Below, piece by piece: positions 32,814 through 46,072 of a stretch of 64,000 bases of DNA; the first letter of the stretch is position 1; each line of letters begins with the position of its first letter. Position numbers and translations under genes: made by a program. Location: positions 7,567-71,566 of the forward strand of contig CBFDEM010000042.1 in NCBI GenBank assembly GCA_965603825.1, given 5' to 3'. This DNA comes from Blepharisma stoltei ATCC 30299. Taxonomy: Eukaryota; Protista; Ciliophora. The notes under the pieces were generated by a model that saw only the letters and a program-made list of their open reading frames with translations, had not been told where the DNA came from and did no database searches.

Positions 32814-35800
32814 TTAATTTACCCGATCTTTCATTCTTCTAAACAAAGAATCCCTGGATAAAAGCTCTTTAGGAGCGCCCATCTCTGCGACTATCCCCTC
32901 TTGCATAACAATGATTACATCATTTTCCAAAACCGTTCCTAATCTGTGAGCAATAGTCAATATTGTGCAGCTATCAAACTTTTTCCTAATTAAATTTTGA
33001 ATATACAAATCTGTATTATAGTCAATCCCTGCAGTTGCTTCATCAAATAAAATTATTTTAGTGTGCGCAAGCATCGCTCTACCAATGCTTAGCAACTGTT
33101 TTTCGCCTGCAGACAAATTTGATCCATTGCTTTGGAGTTGATGATCAATAGAAAACGCTGATAAATTGACAGTGTCTAAAGCAATTTTAATTTCCTGTTC
33201 TGATCTTACCCCAGGAGGATCCAAGTTTTCTTTAAGTGAGCCTGAAAAGACCAATGGATCTTGAGGTACTAAAGTGATTGCAGATCTCAACTTTTTCAGC
33301 CCAATCTGTGAAATGTCAACATTGCCAATTGTTATTAAGCCTTTTTCTAGCTCTACAATTCGGAGTAAAGCGAGAAAAATGGATGATTTTCCACTCCCAG
33401 TTCTTCCTACAAACCCTACTCTATTGCCAGCTTTGATCTTGAAGCTAAGATCTTTTAAGATTATTGGGGTATTCAGCCGGTATTTCATATAAACTTTGCG
33501 AAATTCAATTGATGGATTTTCTGGCCAATATCTGAGGTGCTCATCAATTGGTAAGTTTTTAGGTAATTCATAAGGGATGGCCATGTATTGCTTTATTCTT
33601 TCGACACTGATTATGCTGTTTTCTGATTCTGCTACATCAAACACAAAATATTCAATGTTTGCAGGTAAGGTGAATGCATAAGCCAAAGTAAGTCCAACAA
33701 TTCCGATTGGAATTTCATTTCTAAGTATAATTATGGCAATAAGTAAAATAAAAATGAAAAACGATCCTAATAACCCTAAAACCACATCGAGCCAGCCTTC
33801 AATACTTGCTAAAGAGTAGAGTAATCTCCCATTAATATCCAATAAATCAGCATTTTTCTTATGAAATTTCTCAGATTTTTGGAAAATTCTAATAATTTTA
33901 CCTCCAGATAAGGTCTCTGAAAAATGATTCAATATCGGAGATCTTGAAATAGCCTCAAGCCTAGTCAGCTCTCTCGCAGCAGCTAAATAAATATTTTTCA
34001 ATTTAAAATAAACCCAAATAAGAGCAGGAAGAAGCACTAAAAGCAAAGGAAAATAAATCATGATCATTATGATTCCACAAATAACTCTAAACAAAGAAGA
34101 AATCACCCACGCAAAACAATAAGGGACCTTCTCATCAATAGACGCAATATCTTTGCTAAGCCTGTTTATGATTCTCCCTGAAGGAGTTACATCATAAAAT
34201 AAGTTCACTGGAGCTTTCAAAAGCTTATTAACCAAAGAACGATGAATATTTTCTGAAGCCCTAATAGCCAAGAAATAATATAAAAACATTGTTTTCAAAA
34301 AAATAAATAACTCCCCTCCAAAACTAAGTGACAAATAAAGTACCAAATATAAACTGGTTTCTTTTGAGTCATTGCTTCATTCCTTCAGTATTATATCTCC
34401 AGAAATACGAGTTATAACCCAAATGGCCATGCATAAAATTGATAAAATAAGCATAGAAAATCCTCCTGAAAACTTAAAATAGTCAAAATATAGCTGTTTG
34501 TCGATTTTCCCAGAAAATTTTTCTTCATTTTCAATTAATTTGCTTGTTGGAGAAGAAAGTGGCTGGATTTCTGGCTCATGAGTTTCTATAAGATCTCTTG
34601 GTATTTCTAATAGCTCAGGCTTCGATATTTGAGAAATTTTTCCATTTTCCAGAACAATGACTCTGTCTACCTCTTTTAAAGTACTCAGATTGTGAGTAAC
34701 CATTATTCTTGTTTTGTTGGATAATAAAGAGAGAAAGCATTTTTTCATTATATGGTTCGCTATAAATGTATCAACAGAGCTTAAAGGATCATCCAGAAGA
34801 TAAATTTCTTTATCAGCATATGCAGCTCTTGCAAGGCAAATTCTAGCTTTTTGGCCACCACTTAGGTTTATACCTCTTTCACCTATTTCTGTTAAATCTT
34901 TATTGGGGAAAGAATTGATGTCTTGCATTAAACTGCAAGCTTCAAGGACTTGGAAATACCATTTTTCATTGTATGGCTCGCCAAACAAAATATTGTTCCT
35001 TAAGCTGTCATTTTGTAGCCATGATTCCAAAGAGGGAGAATATGCGATTTTTCTGCTCACTTCAGCATTTCCTGAAAGAAGCTCTAATTCTCCAATTAAG
35101 CTGTTCAGAAATGATGATTTTCCACTACCAACTGGCCCAATCACTGCAATAAACTCCCCTGGTTTTATTTCTAAATTGACATTTTTCAGCAGAATTTTAT
35201 CCCCATACCCAAATGAGCAATTATCTAGGTTTATTTTATCTCCTTTTGGAATTTCTTTTAAATCATTAATATCAAGAAACTTTTGGACTCTTCTGATACT
35301 GACAATACAAAGTGTTAAATCAGTAATTAAACAGGGAAACTGATGAAGAGACTCCTGAAGAACTATTAAGGTCGTCAAAGTCACAAAAGTTTTTTCTGGA
35401 GTCAAAGACTCTCCCATTACTTGTGTAAAATAAACAAAAACGACTGCAGCTGTAATACAAGGAGTAGCTGAAAATATAAAGGATAGAGCTGCATTTAATA
35501 GATGAAACTTTTTTAAGTGGGATAGCTCAGATATCCTGATGTTGCGAATGGTATTTTTGAAGAACTTTTCTCATGTGTAGGCTTTAATCATCTTAATATT
35601 TGCTATAAGCTGAGATGATGCTTCTAGCCTTTTGTCTTTAAGAGTCATTATGCTTTCTGAATATTTCTTAATATTTTCTGAAGCCAAATAGCCAATTCCT
35701 ATACATAAAATCAGAGAGACTATAGCTGAGTATGTAGCCTCTCCTACTTGGAGATGAATAAGATAAATAGATACCATCATTTGGAGAGGGGATGCAATTA

Positions 35801-36401
35801 TTAAGCTGAGCTTGAAAAATCCTCAACAGATTTTGGCGGTGTCAATTTCTAATATATTGACTCCTAAGCCTTCAGGAAGTTTGGCAGCTTTTAATACTTT
35901 GGCATAAATCACATTACATAAGGAATTTTTAACTTTTATTTCAATAACTTTATCATTGAAAATATGTCAGCCTTTTACAGACTGATCTAATCCGGCAACT
36001 ACTAAAAAAGCTATTATAATAAAAATCCCTGTCATTATAGGCTTATCATCGCTTTGCAGGTAAGAAATAAGGACTTTGATAAATAGTGGAGCAGAGAAAT
36101 TGAAGAGAGAAGACAAATTTCCGATGAACATAGAAAAAAGTAATAGTTTTCAATTAGAAAGAATAAGGGCTCAAAATAGTTTGTATCTTTCTAGGAAATA
36201 AGTCAGGTTTTCTTTTTCAATAGATATGCTATCTGGCAAAGGATAAGCATCGTCTATAGACGCTTCAGCCTTTTTACCAATTAATAAGACTGGCTTAACT
36301 CAAGTAAAATAGGCTCTAGAGAAAACGCTAGGAGCTTTATGTGGAGTTGAGAAATAAGCATAAGGTATGGGTTCAGGCTGATTCAAGGGCTGTAGCTCCA
36401 T
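32814..36401 (-). CDS. ABCC/MRP-type ABC transporter, copy 1 (about 1195 aa, no TMD0)
   Basis: Single frame from ATG 36401 with 7 in-frame TGA. NBD1: GPVGSGKSS, LSGGQKAR, LLDDP. NBD2: GRTGSGKSS, LSAGEKQ, LFDEAT. Confidence 0.92.
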
Positions 36402-36579
36402 TTATTTATAGATTTAATTAAATATATTTTTAAAAATAGATAAAATTGATTCTCCATAGAAATTTCATATAAAATCTGAATTCAAGATAATTGGATTTAT
36501 TAGAATTTTTTCTTAATAAAGATATTACCAATAATATTATTAAATTATGTATAATTATTATCAAATAATAAATAAAAGC

Positions 36580-39500
36580 TTAATTAAAGTTATCCTTTAA
36601 GCTTTTAAATATAGAGTCTTTTGATAAGAGCACTTTAGGATTTCCAGCTTCTGATACCTTTCCATCTTGCATCACAATAATTTGATCGCTTTCCATTACT
36701 GTCCCTAGTCTGTGTGCAATCGTCAAGATTGTGCATCCTTGGAATTTATTTTTAATTAATTCTTGGATTTGATGATCAGTATTTTGGTCAATCCCTGCTG
36801 TGGCTTCATCAAATAAAATAATTTTTGTATGAGTCAGCATCGCTCTTCCTAAGCTAATAAGCTGCCTCTCGCCTGCTGATATGTTTGAGCCGTCTCCTTT
36901 TATTTCATAATCTATAGAAAACCTGGTCAAATTTACTTCTTTTAGTGCATTTTCTACTTCACCATTGCTTTTTAGTTGGCAAGGATCCAAATTATCCTTT
37001 AAATCCCCTGAAAACACTAAAGGATCTTGAGGGACAAGAGTGATTGCAGACCTTAACTTATTCAGCCCAATCATTGCAATATTCACCCCATCAATTAAAA
37101 TTGACCCTGAGCTGATTTCTACTAGTCTGAGTAAACATAAATAAATAGAAGACTTTCCGCTGCCAGTTCTGCCAACTAATCCGACCCTTTTTCCAGCTTC
37201 AATAGAAAAATTGACCCCTTTTAAAATAATTGGGGTGTTAGATCTATATTTCATTTGGACATTTTTAAACTCAATTGATGGGAATTGAGGCCAGTTTCCT
37301 AGGTTTTTATCCGTGGCTTGCTTATGCGGATTTTCACTTGTGATGCCCATATATACTTTAGCCCTTTCAACTGAAATCAATTGGTTTTCTAAGTTCGCCC
37401 AATCAATAACTAAATAATATATATTAATCGGCAAAGGTACTACATAAGCTAACGAAAGCCCAACAGCACCTAAAGAAATATTGTTCCTAAACACTACAAT
37501 TAAGGCAAACATAAAGCACAGCACACCTGAGCTTAGCAGCCCTAAATTTACAACCAGTCAGCATCTGCAAGCAGACATTGAATATAATAATCGTGAATTT
37601 ATGTCAATAAGCCTACAATTTTTTATATGGAAATTTTGAGTCTGTCTAAAAGTCCTTATGATTTTGGCACCAGACAAGGTTTCTTCAAAATTATTTAAAA
37701 TCGGAGAATTCGAAATCGCTTCAAGCCTTGTCAGTTCTCTTGCTGCTCCTAAATACAAGTCTTTTATCTGTAATGAGTAATATACCCAAAAAGGTAAAAT
37801 CATAATTAGTATTGGGAAATATATTAAAGCCAGAAACACCATAGATAAAACTTGCCAAATCTGTGCAATGATGCTAGCTGTAGCCCTAGGGACCAGTTCA
37901 TCTATAGAGTTGAGGTCTTTATTAAGCCTATTTAGAATCCTGCCTAATGGTGTTACGTCGTAGAATAAATTGACAGGGGCTCTAATGAATGATTTTATCA
38001 TTTGGTTGTGGATGAATCTTGATGCTCTGTTCCCAACTACTGCCATTGTTAAAACAGCTCTGATAAAAGCAAAAATAGTGCCACCAACTCTGAATAGTAT
38101 ATATAAAAGTAGATAAGTTTCTGTGCCATCTGGGTCAGTGCTCCATTCTTTTAATATAATATCTGCTATCATTCTGGTGGCCGCCCAAAGGCCCATTGCT
38201 AAAAATGCAATTGAGATCATTAAATATCCTCCTGAGTAGCCAAAATAGTCTTTCAAAATTTTTATATTGACCTTTCCTGATTCTTTGTCTTCGTCTTCTA
38301 TAAGTTTTGTATGTGTAGAATGCATTTCTTCGATTTCAGAAGACTTGTGGTCTTCAATGTCTTGGGTTATCTGCAAGGAGTCGGGGGATGAATTTTCTAT
38401 GATCGAGCCATTTTGAAGCACAATGACACGGTCAACTTTATTTAAAATGTTTAGGCGGTGTGTAACTAAAATCCTCGTTTTTTGAGATAATACATTTAAA
38501 AAGCATTTATTCATGATGTGAGTTGCAACAAAAGTATCTACTGAGCTTAAAGGGTCGTCTAATAAATAAATGTCTTTGTCTGCATAAACAGCTCTTGCAA
38601 GGCAAATTCTTGCTTTTTGGCCTCCACTGAGATTTATCCCTCTTTCCCCAATTTCAGTTAAATCTTTATTTGGCAGAGAATTTATGTCTTGGATTAGGCA
38701 GCAGGCGTCAACGACTTTTAAATACCAAGCCTCATTGTAAGGCTTTCCAAACAAAATATTGTTTCTTAAGGAGTCATTTTGCAGCCATGAATCTAAGGAC
38801 GGGGCATATGCAATACTATCAGTTACCTTTATAACCCCTTCCTTTACCTTAAGTTCCCCCATAATTCCATTTAATAACGATGATTTTCCACTCCCAACAG
38901 TTCCGACTACTGCAATAAATTCTCCTTTATTCACCTTCAAGCTAATTCTATTTAAAACACTTTTGTCTCCATACGCAAGCGTGCATTCTTTTAAATCAAC
39001 TGTATCTGAGCTTGGCAGTCCTTCTAAATCAGGCAAATCGATTAGTCCTTGCATTCTTCTGCAGCTTACAATGCACATCATAACTTCTGACACAAGCCAA
39101 GGAATCTCCTGCAGAGAGTCCTGCAGTATCAATAAGGTTGATAAAGTGACAAAAGCAGTTCCAGGATCCAAAGACTTTTCCATCACTAATGTGTAATACA
39201 TAAACACTGCAGCTGCAGTTATACTGGGGACTATCCAAAAGAAAAAATATGTAGTTCCTTGCAATATCTGCAATTTCCTCAAAAGTGACAGTTCCCTCAC
39301 CCTTGCATCCTCAATTTTCTTTTTAAAAAACTTTTCCCACACATAAGCCTTAATCATTTTTATACTTGCGAGCATCTGAGTTGTCGCTTCAACGCGTCTG
39401 TCCCTTACACTCATAATTCTGCCTGAAAATTTCCCAACAGCTCTCGTAATGACTGTATTTAGGCTTAGGCAAATAGTTAGTGTTGCTAAAGCTGCATATA

Positions 39501-40164
39501 CCGCATTTCCTACTTGATAATATATCAAATACATTGATAAACCTGCCTGTAAGGGGGTTGATATAAAGAGGCTTAAATCTTTGAAGCCATCACAAACTTT
39601 TTTGACGTCGACTTGCAGAATATTCACTCCTGTGCCTTCAGGAATTCTAGCAACTTTTAGCACTTTGCAAAAAATGGCATTTGATAGGGAACTTTTTATT
39701 TTGATTTCGACTAGCTGATTTGTCCATAAAAACTGGCCTTTTAAAACTTGGGTTGTTAGGGTAACAATTGTGAAACTTATAGCCAGCAGAATTCCAATTG
39801 ACAAGAACTTTTCTTGAGTTTGTAAGTAAGAAAGCAAAAATTGAATAAAAAGAGGTGAAGAGAAATCAAAAAGAGAAACGAGATTCCCAAGCATAATCGC
39901 CTTGGATATAAGTTTGATATTAGAAAAAAGCAGTGATTTGTATAATGAATAGCGAGATAAATAAGAAGTTAAGGTCTCGTTTTGAGACGAGTGTTCGTCT
40001 GGTAATGGGTATACATCTTCTGGGGTTAATTTGTTTTTCTTGCCTATTGAAAAAATTTGCTTTGCTCAGGAGAAAAAAATGATAGAGGATAGGCTGGAAG
40101 AAGAAACTAGTGGAAAGTAAGGAGAAGAGCCTTCACCTTGTGTGTTTAATGGTTGAAGCTCCAT
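36580..40164 (-). CDS. ABCC/MRP-type ABC transporter, copy 2
   Basis: ATG 40164 (MELQPLN, as in copy 1); in-frame TGA at 40068 and 37560; both NBD motif sets present. Confidence 0.92.
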
Positions 40165-40877
40165 CAGATGAGAATAATAGATTATCCATATTTCATGAAG
40201 GAGAAAAGTTAGTGATAAATCAAAAGGTCTTGATAACTATAAGAACCGTTCTTAATTTGAAAGACCGAGCTATTTATATAGATAATTATAGTAAAATTCT
40301 ATAACTTAATGAACAGCTTTAGAGACGAGAAGCACAGTTTTTAGAGAGTCGTTGTGAGCAGAAGGATGGCTATATAATTTTTAAAGGTGTTTTAGCTCAT
40401 TACGGATGGCTTTTTAATATTAAGTTGAAATAAATAAATACATAAATAATTAAGAAATAGGTTTAAAATCTTGAGTTTTTAAGAATTTGTTATAAATCGC
40501 TTAAAACTTTTGAAGTACATACTTAATAATTTGGTGCATTTTAAGTAGCAATCAAAACTTAGATCGGGCTAAATATTATAGGTCCTCCTATTAGCATATT
40601 TTATTTGCTTTGTTTTTTCTCTTTTTGAGATGCAATTATACCAGTTTCCAACTTGACAGCTTAAGCACCCACATGCATAACTTATTTTTATTTTATTGAG
40701 GCAAAGTTGAGTATTATGCTTAAAGTATTTTAAAACTATTTTTATCAAATTATTAAAAATACAATTTTATTCATAAAAAACAAATAGCATAATTTTATTA
40801 ATTAATTTTTAGACTTATAGAGCATTGCCATGCACGAAATTAAAATAATTATAACTAGACAGGTAAATTTATTACAA

Positions 40878-43800
40878 TTAATTAAAATTATCTCTTAAAT
40901 TCCTAAACAAAGAATCCCTAGAAAGCAGCTCTTTGGGACTCCCCATTTCAGCTACAATCCCATCTTTCATGACCCAAATCACATCATTTTCCATAACAGT
41001 CCCTAACCTGTGTGCAATAGTCAGTATCGTGCACCCTTTAAATTTATTTTTAACGACTTCTTGGATTTTTAAATCATTGTCTTGATCAATCCCAGCAGTC
41101 GCTTCGTCAAATAAAATAATTTTTGTATGGGCCAGCATTGCTCTACCTAAGCTTATAAGCTGTCTTTCACCAGCTGACAGATTAGACCCGTCTGACTTTA
41201 TTTCATAATCAATAGAAAACTTTGACAAATTCACTTCCCTTAGCGCCTCTTGTATTTCTTCATGGCTTTTTATTTTGCAGGGATCCAAGTTATCTCTTAG
41301 ATCCCCAGAAAATACTAATGGGTCTTGAGGGACAAGGGTTATTGCAGATCTCAGCTTGTGCAGCCCAATCATAGCAATATTGACGCCGTCAATAAAAATT
41401 GTCCCAGCATGAAGCTCAACTAAGCGTAAAAGGCATAAATAAATAGATGATTTCCCGCTGCCAGTCCTCCCAACTAGTCCTGCTCTTGTCCCAGCTTCAA
41501 TAAATAGGTTTACTCCTTGCAAAACAAGAGGAGTATTTAGTCTATATTTCATATAGACTTCTTTAAATTGAATAGACGGCTGACTAGGCCAGTCCTGTAA
41601 ATTTTTGTCTGATGATATTTCATTAGGATTTTCTGAAATTATATCTATGTACTGTTTAGCCCTTTCTACAGCAATAATCTGGTTTTCTAAGTTCGCTCAG
41701 TCCCCTACGAGTCTTAAGATGTTGTGAGGCAAAGGCACAACATACGCAAGAGACAGTCCTACAATGTCAATTGGGACATTATACCTAAAAATAATTACAA
41801 GTGAAAATAACACCCACAGGACAGTTGAACTTAGCAGCCCTAAAGTCACTGAAAGCCAGCATTTGCAAGCAGCTTGTGAGTACAATAATCTTGAATTTGA
41901 ATTAATTAGACGATAATTTTTCTGTTTAAAGTTTTCGTTCTGCTGAAAAGTCCTGATGATTTTTATTCCTGAAACAGTTTCTGCATAATGATTAAGGATT
42001 GGAGAGTTCGAAATAGCCTCAAATCTCCTTAGCTCTCTTGCCGCACTTAAATATAGCTCTTTTATCTGTAAAGAATAATATACTAAAAAAGGCAGTAATA
42101 GGGTAATAATAGGGAAATATATTAAGCCTATAGTCACCATTGAAGCTACCTGACAGGTTTGAGCTATAACAGCAGCCATTGCGCCTGATATATTTTCATC
42201 GATAGAGTTTAGATCCTTATTAAGCCTATTCAAAATCCTGCCTATTGGTGTTACATCGTAAAAAAGGTTTACTGGAGCTTTAATAAAAGACTCAATCATT
42301 TTGTGATGCACAAATTTAGACGCGCTGATTCCTACAACTGCCATCATTAATAAAGCTCGAATATAAGAAAAAATGTTTCCTCCAACTCTGAACAGTAAAT
42401 ATAAAGGTAAATATTCATCAATTCCGTCAGGGTTTGTGGTCCAATTTTTTAATATGATGTCTCCTATCATACGAGTTATAGCTCACAGTACCATTGATAA
42501 GACTGCAAGAAATGGAAAAAAATAGCCTCCAGAAAATTTAAAATAGTCAATATATAAATGGCTGTTAATTCGTCCGAGGACTTTTTCTTCTTTTTCGATT
42601 AATTTTGATTGCTGAGGTGCTGGCTCTTCTATTTCAACTCTACTAGTTTCTTTGATTTCTTCTATTATTTTAATTTTGTCAGGAGAAGAGTCATTTTTAA
42701 TAGAACCATTTTGAAGTAAAATGACCCGGTCAACTTTATTTAAAATATTTAGGCGGTGTGTAACTAAAATCCTCGTTTTTTGAGATAATACGTTTAAAAA
42801 GCATTTGTTCATGATATATTTTGCAACATAAGTATCTACTGAGCTTAAAGGGTCGTCTAATAAATAAATGTCTTTGTCTGCATAAACAGCTCTTGCAAGG
42901 CAAATTCTTGCTTTTTGGCCTCCACTGAGATTTATCCCTCTTTCCCCAATTTCAGTTAAATCTTTATTTGGCAGAGAATTTATGTCTTGGATTAGGCAGC
43001 AGGCATCAAGCACTTTTAAATACCAAGCCTCATTGTAAGGCTTTCCAAACAAAATATTATTTTTCAAAGTATCATTCTGTATCCACGAATCTAGTGACGG
43101 GGCATATGCAATATTATCAGGGACATTAATAAATCCTTCTTTTATCTTCAACTCTCCCATAATACTATTCAGCAGTGACGATTTCCCGCTCCCCACTTCT
43201 CCAACAACCGCCACAAACTCCCCTTGTTTTACCTCAAGACTAATATTTTTCAAAATATTTTTGTCCCCATAGGCAAAAGTGCAATTTTTCATCAAAATTT
43301 TGTCACCTTTATTCGGTTCGTCTAAATCAGGCAAATCAATCAAACTTTGTACTCTCCTGACGCTTACAACACATATTAGCAGTTGAGATACTAGTCATGA
43401 TAAATCCTGCAAAGAATCTTGTAATAAAAGCAGCGTGGTTAAGGTAACGAATGCGATTTCTGGGTCAAGTTTTTCTTTCATAACTACTGTATAATATACA
43501 AAAACAATAGCAGCTGTGATACTAGGTATCACTCAGAAAAAGAACCTAGAAGTTGCAAGAAAAAGCTTTATTAACCGTAAAATACTTAACTCACTTGCCC
43601 TGATGCTGTTTATTTTTGTCTTAAATACGTTTTCTCATACACAAGCTTTAATCATTTTTATATTAGTCAGCATTTGTGTGCTGGCTTCTATACGTTTGTC
43701 TCGGTGTGACATAATCCTGATAGAAAATCGCTGGACTCTTCGAGCAATAAACATGTCCATAGCAATGCATATAATTAAAGTCCCAAGGGCAGCAAATACA

Positions 43801-44468
43801 GCATTTCCTACTTGTTGATAGATTATATACATTGATATCCCAGCTTGCATAGGGCAAGTAATAAACATATTTAAATCTCTAAGACCTTCATAGATTTTTC
43901 TGACGTCAACCATAAGGATATTTACTCCTAAGTTACTAGGAATTGAGGCTGCTTTTAAGAGTTTTGAATAAATTACGTTTGATAATGAGCTTTTTACCTT
44001 TAATTCTATCAATTGGTTAGTTCATGAAAATCGGCCTTTTACAAGCTGATTTATTAATGTGACAAATATATAGCCAAGTAATAAATAAAGTCCTATAGAT
44101 AATGGTTTTTCTTCAGATTTTAGATATGCAATGAGGAGCTTAATAAAAATAGGGGATGAGAAGTCAAAGACTACAACAATGTTTCCAAGGATAGTGACTA
44201 ATAAGAGGAGCTTTCAGTTTGATAAAAATAATGCTTTAAATAGGCGGTGCTTTGAAATGTAGGTGGTTAAATTTTCGTGCTCTATTAAATGTTCATCAGG
44301 AAGAATGGGGATGTCATCTTGCTCAAGCTTCAGATTTTTTCCTAATAAAAGCATGGGCTTTACTCATGTAAAAAAAAGCATAGAGAAAAATCCTGGAGAT
44401 CGGGAAGGGACTGGGATATAAGGGACAGTGATTTTTCTTTGTGGCCCAATTTCTTGAAGCTCGAGCAT
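40878..44468 (-). CDS. ABCC/MRP-type ABC transporter, copy 3
   Basis: ATG 44468 (MLELQEI); 8 in-frame TGA join the track fragments; both NBD motif sets present. Confidence 0.92.
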
Positions 44469-44836
44469 TTTAATTTAAATAATCAATATTTTTCAGATAA
44501 TTATTTACATTAATTATAAAAGTTCTGAATAATAAATTAAATATATAAATCTAAACAATCTCATTTTACTTCTTACTCCCCAATCTTTGGACCTTGGCAC
44601 ATCTCCTGGCTTTAAGATCGATTCAAGTGTAATACAAAATGCTAAATATATCTCTTTCTTTTTTCTTCATGAATTTCGAGAGATAGACTTTAAGCGAAAT
44701 CCCAAAAAGACATTTTTCTTTATAAACAAATAACTAATTTGAGCCCTATTATTTTTGAGTTATGTACAAACTTTTTAAATTTAAATATTTTCTGATGAAG
44801 AAAATAAAATTTTAGATCAAAGCATATAATTAAGCA

Positions 44837-44909
44837 TCAGGGGTAGCTCAGTGGTAGAGCGTTCGACCAGCAAGACGATCGGCCCCAGGTTCAAATCCTG
44901 GTCCCTGAC
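44837..44909 (+). tRNA. Atypical tRNA-like gene C: weak anticodon stem, enlarged loop
   Basis: TCAGGGG TA GCTC AGTGGTA GAGC G T TCG ACCAGCAAGA CGA T CGGCC CCAGG TTCAAAT CCTGG TCCCTGA C, then TATTTTT. Same acceptor family as the genes at 14016 and 14158. Confidence 0.75.
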
Positions 44910-45127
44910 TATTTTTCTCCTTCATAAAATTTTTTATAAGATACACTTTTATATTTCCACTTATTAATTGCTTATAAAATATAATCAAAAGTAAGCCTCG
45001 ATTTATTTCCGATTTTGGCTCCTTTTTGTTCTAAAGCCAAGCTAATTCTTGTTAAGTTTATTTAATCTACACACCATCATAAAATCCATGGAAATCTAAA
45101 GCATCTTTTATTTAATACATAAAACTA

Positions 45128-46072
45128 ATGTCTCAAGCTGTCGAAAATCCCTTTGAAGAAAATCTTCAATTTGAAGAAAGCCCAAAATTCGGAGAAGCTT
45201 CACCGAAAAGGGACAGCGAAGGTAGTCTATATGACAATTATGGGCTTAGCAAGCCAGAAGAAGTTGTTGAGTATGAAAATGCCATGAATGAAGTTTCTGA
45301 AAAACTTTCCAAGGCCAGCGAGTACGTTGAATCTCTCAAACAGAAAAAAGTCAAGCACCAAAAGGAGCTAGAAATGTAAAACTTATTCAGACTTGAGCAA
45401 GAAAGCGAATCATTTTTATATGAAAATGAGTCTGTCAAGAAAAAAATTGAAGCAATGGAAAAAGATTTAAATCAGCTTCAAATTTCCCAAAAACGCACAG
45501 CAAGCACACATGCATCAATAAGCCCTTCAGAACAGAACTTTTCACTAGTAAGCAACGACAGCTCAAAAAGTGAGTCTAATACTGTTAACGCACTCAAAGC
45601 GCAAATTGCTGAACTTAAAAAAGTTTTTCAAAATCAAGAACAAGCTTTACAGAAATTCCAGCATATAGTACAAGAAACTAATGAAGACAATGAACAATTT
45701 AATAACTTTTTAGGAGGATTTGAAAACGATAGAAGCAAAGTGTCGTTTCTAATGAATTCTTTTGCACTGAGAAAAAGCATGTTTGTAGATGGACCTTCTA
45801 TTATTCCAATGTCTCCTGTTTTGAAGGCTGATGACGATTCTTCTTTATTTGCGAGCAGCTTGTTGGGATTTGAGTCTGATTCGGAATTTGTAGATGAAGA
45901 AGGGAGCAAAATTTTAATAAATCTTAGTGATGAAGAAGAAACGCCAAAGAAAAAGCCTAAGAAGCCTGAAACTCCAGTGAAGTTATACAGAAGAGATAGA
46001 CATATCAGAAGACCAAGGAGCTTGATCGAAAAGATAATGTTCAGATCACATCTCTGCTTATTCCATATATAG
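45128..46072 (+). CDS. Hypothetical coiled-coil protein
   Basis: Two track ORFs in one frame, joined by the 15-nt intron at 45376-45390. Confidence 0.78.
45376..45390 (+). other. 15-nt intron GTAAAACTTATTCAG
   Basis: GT..AG with A10 and an in-frame TAA. Confidence 0.8.

Noticed and set aside
7804-44468. Apparent pseudogenes or split genes (lipase, CFAP69-like, PPIL4, three ABCC)
   Set aside because: All breaks are in-frame TGA at Trp positions or tiny introns, so the genes are intact under this genetic code.
44520-44720. Short GC-richer stretch with small minus-strand frames upstream of ABCC copy 3
   Set aside because: No convincing start-to-stop frame or recognisable motif.
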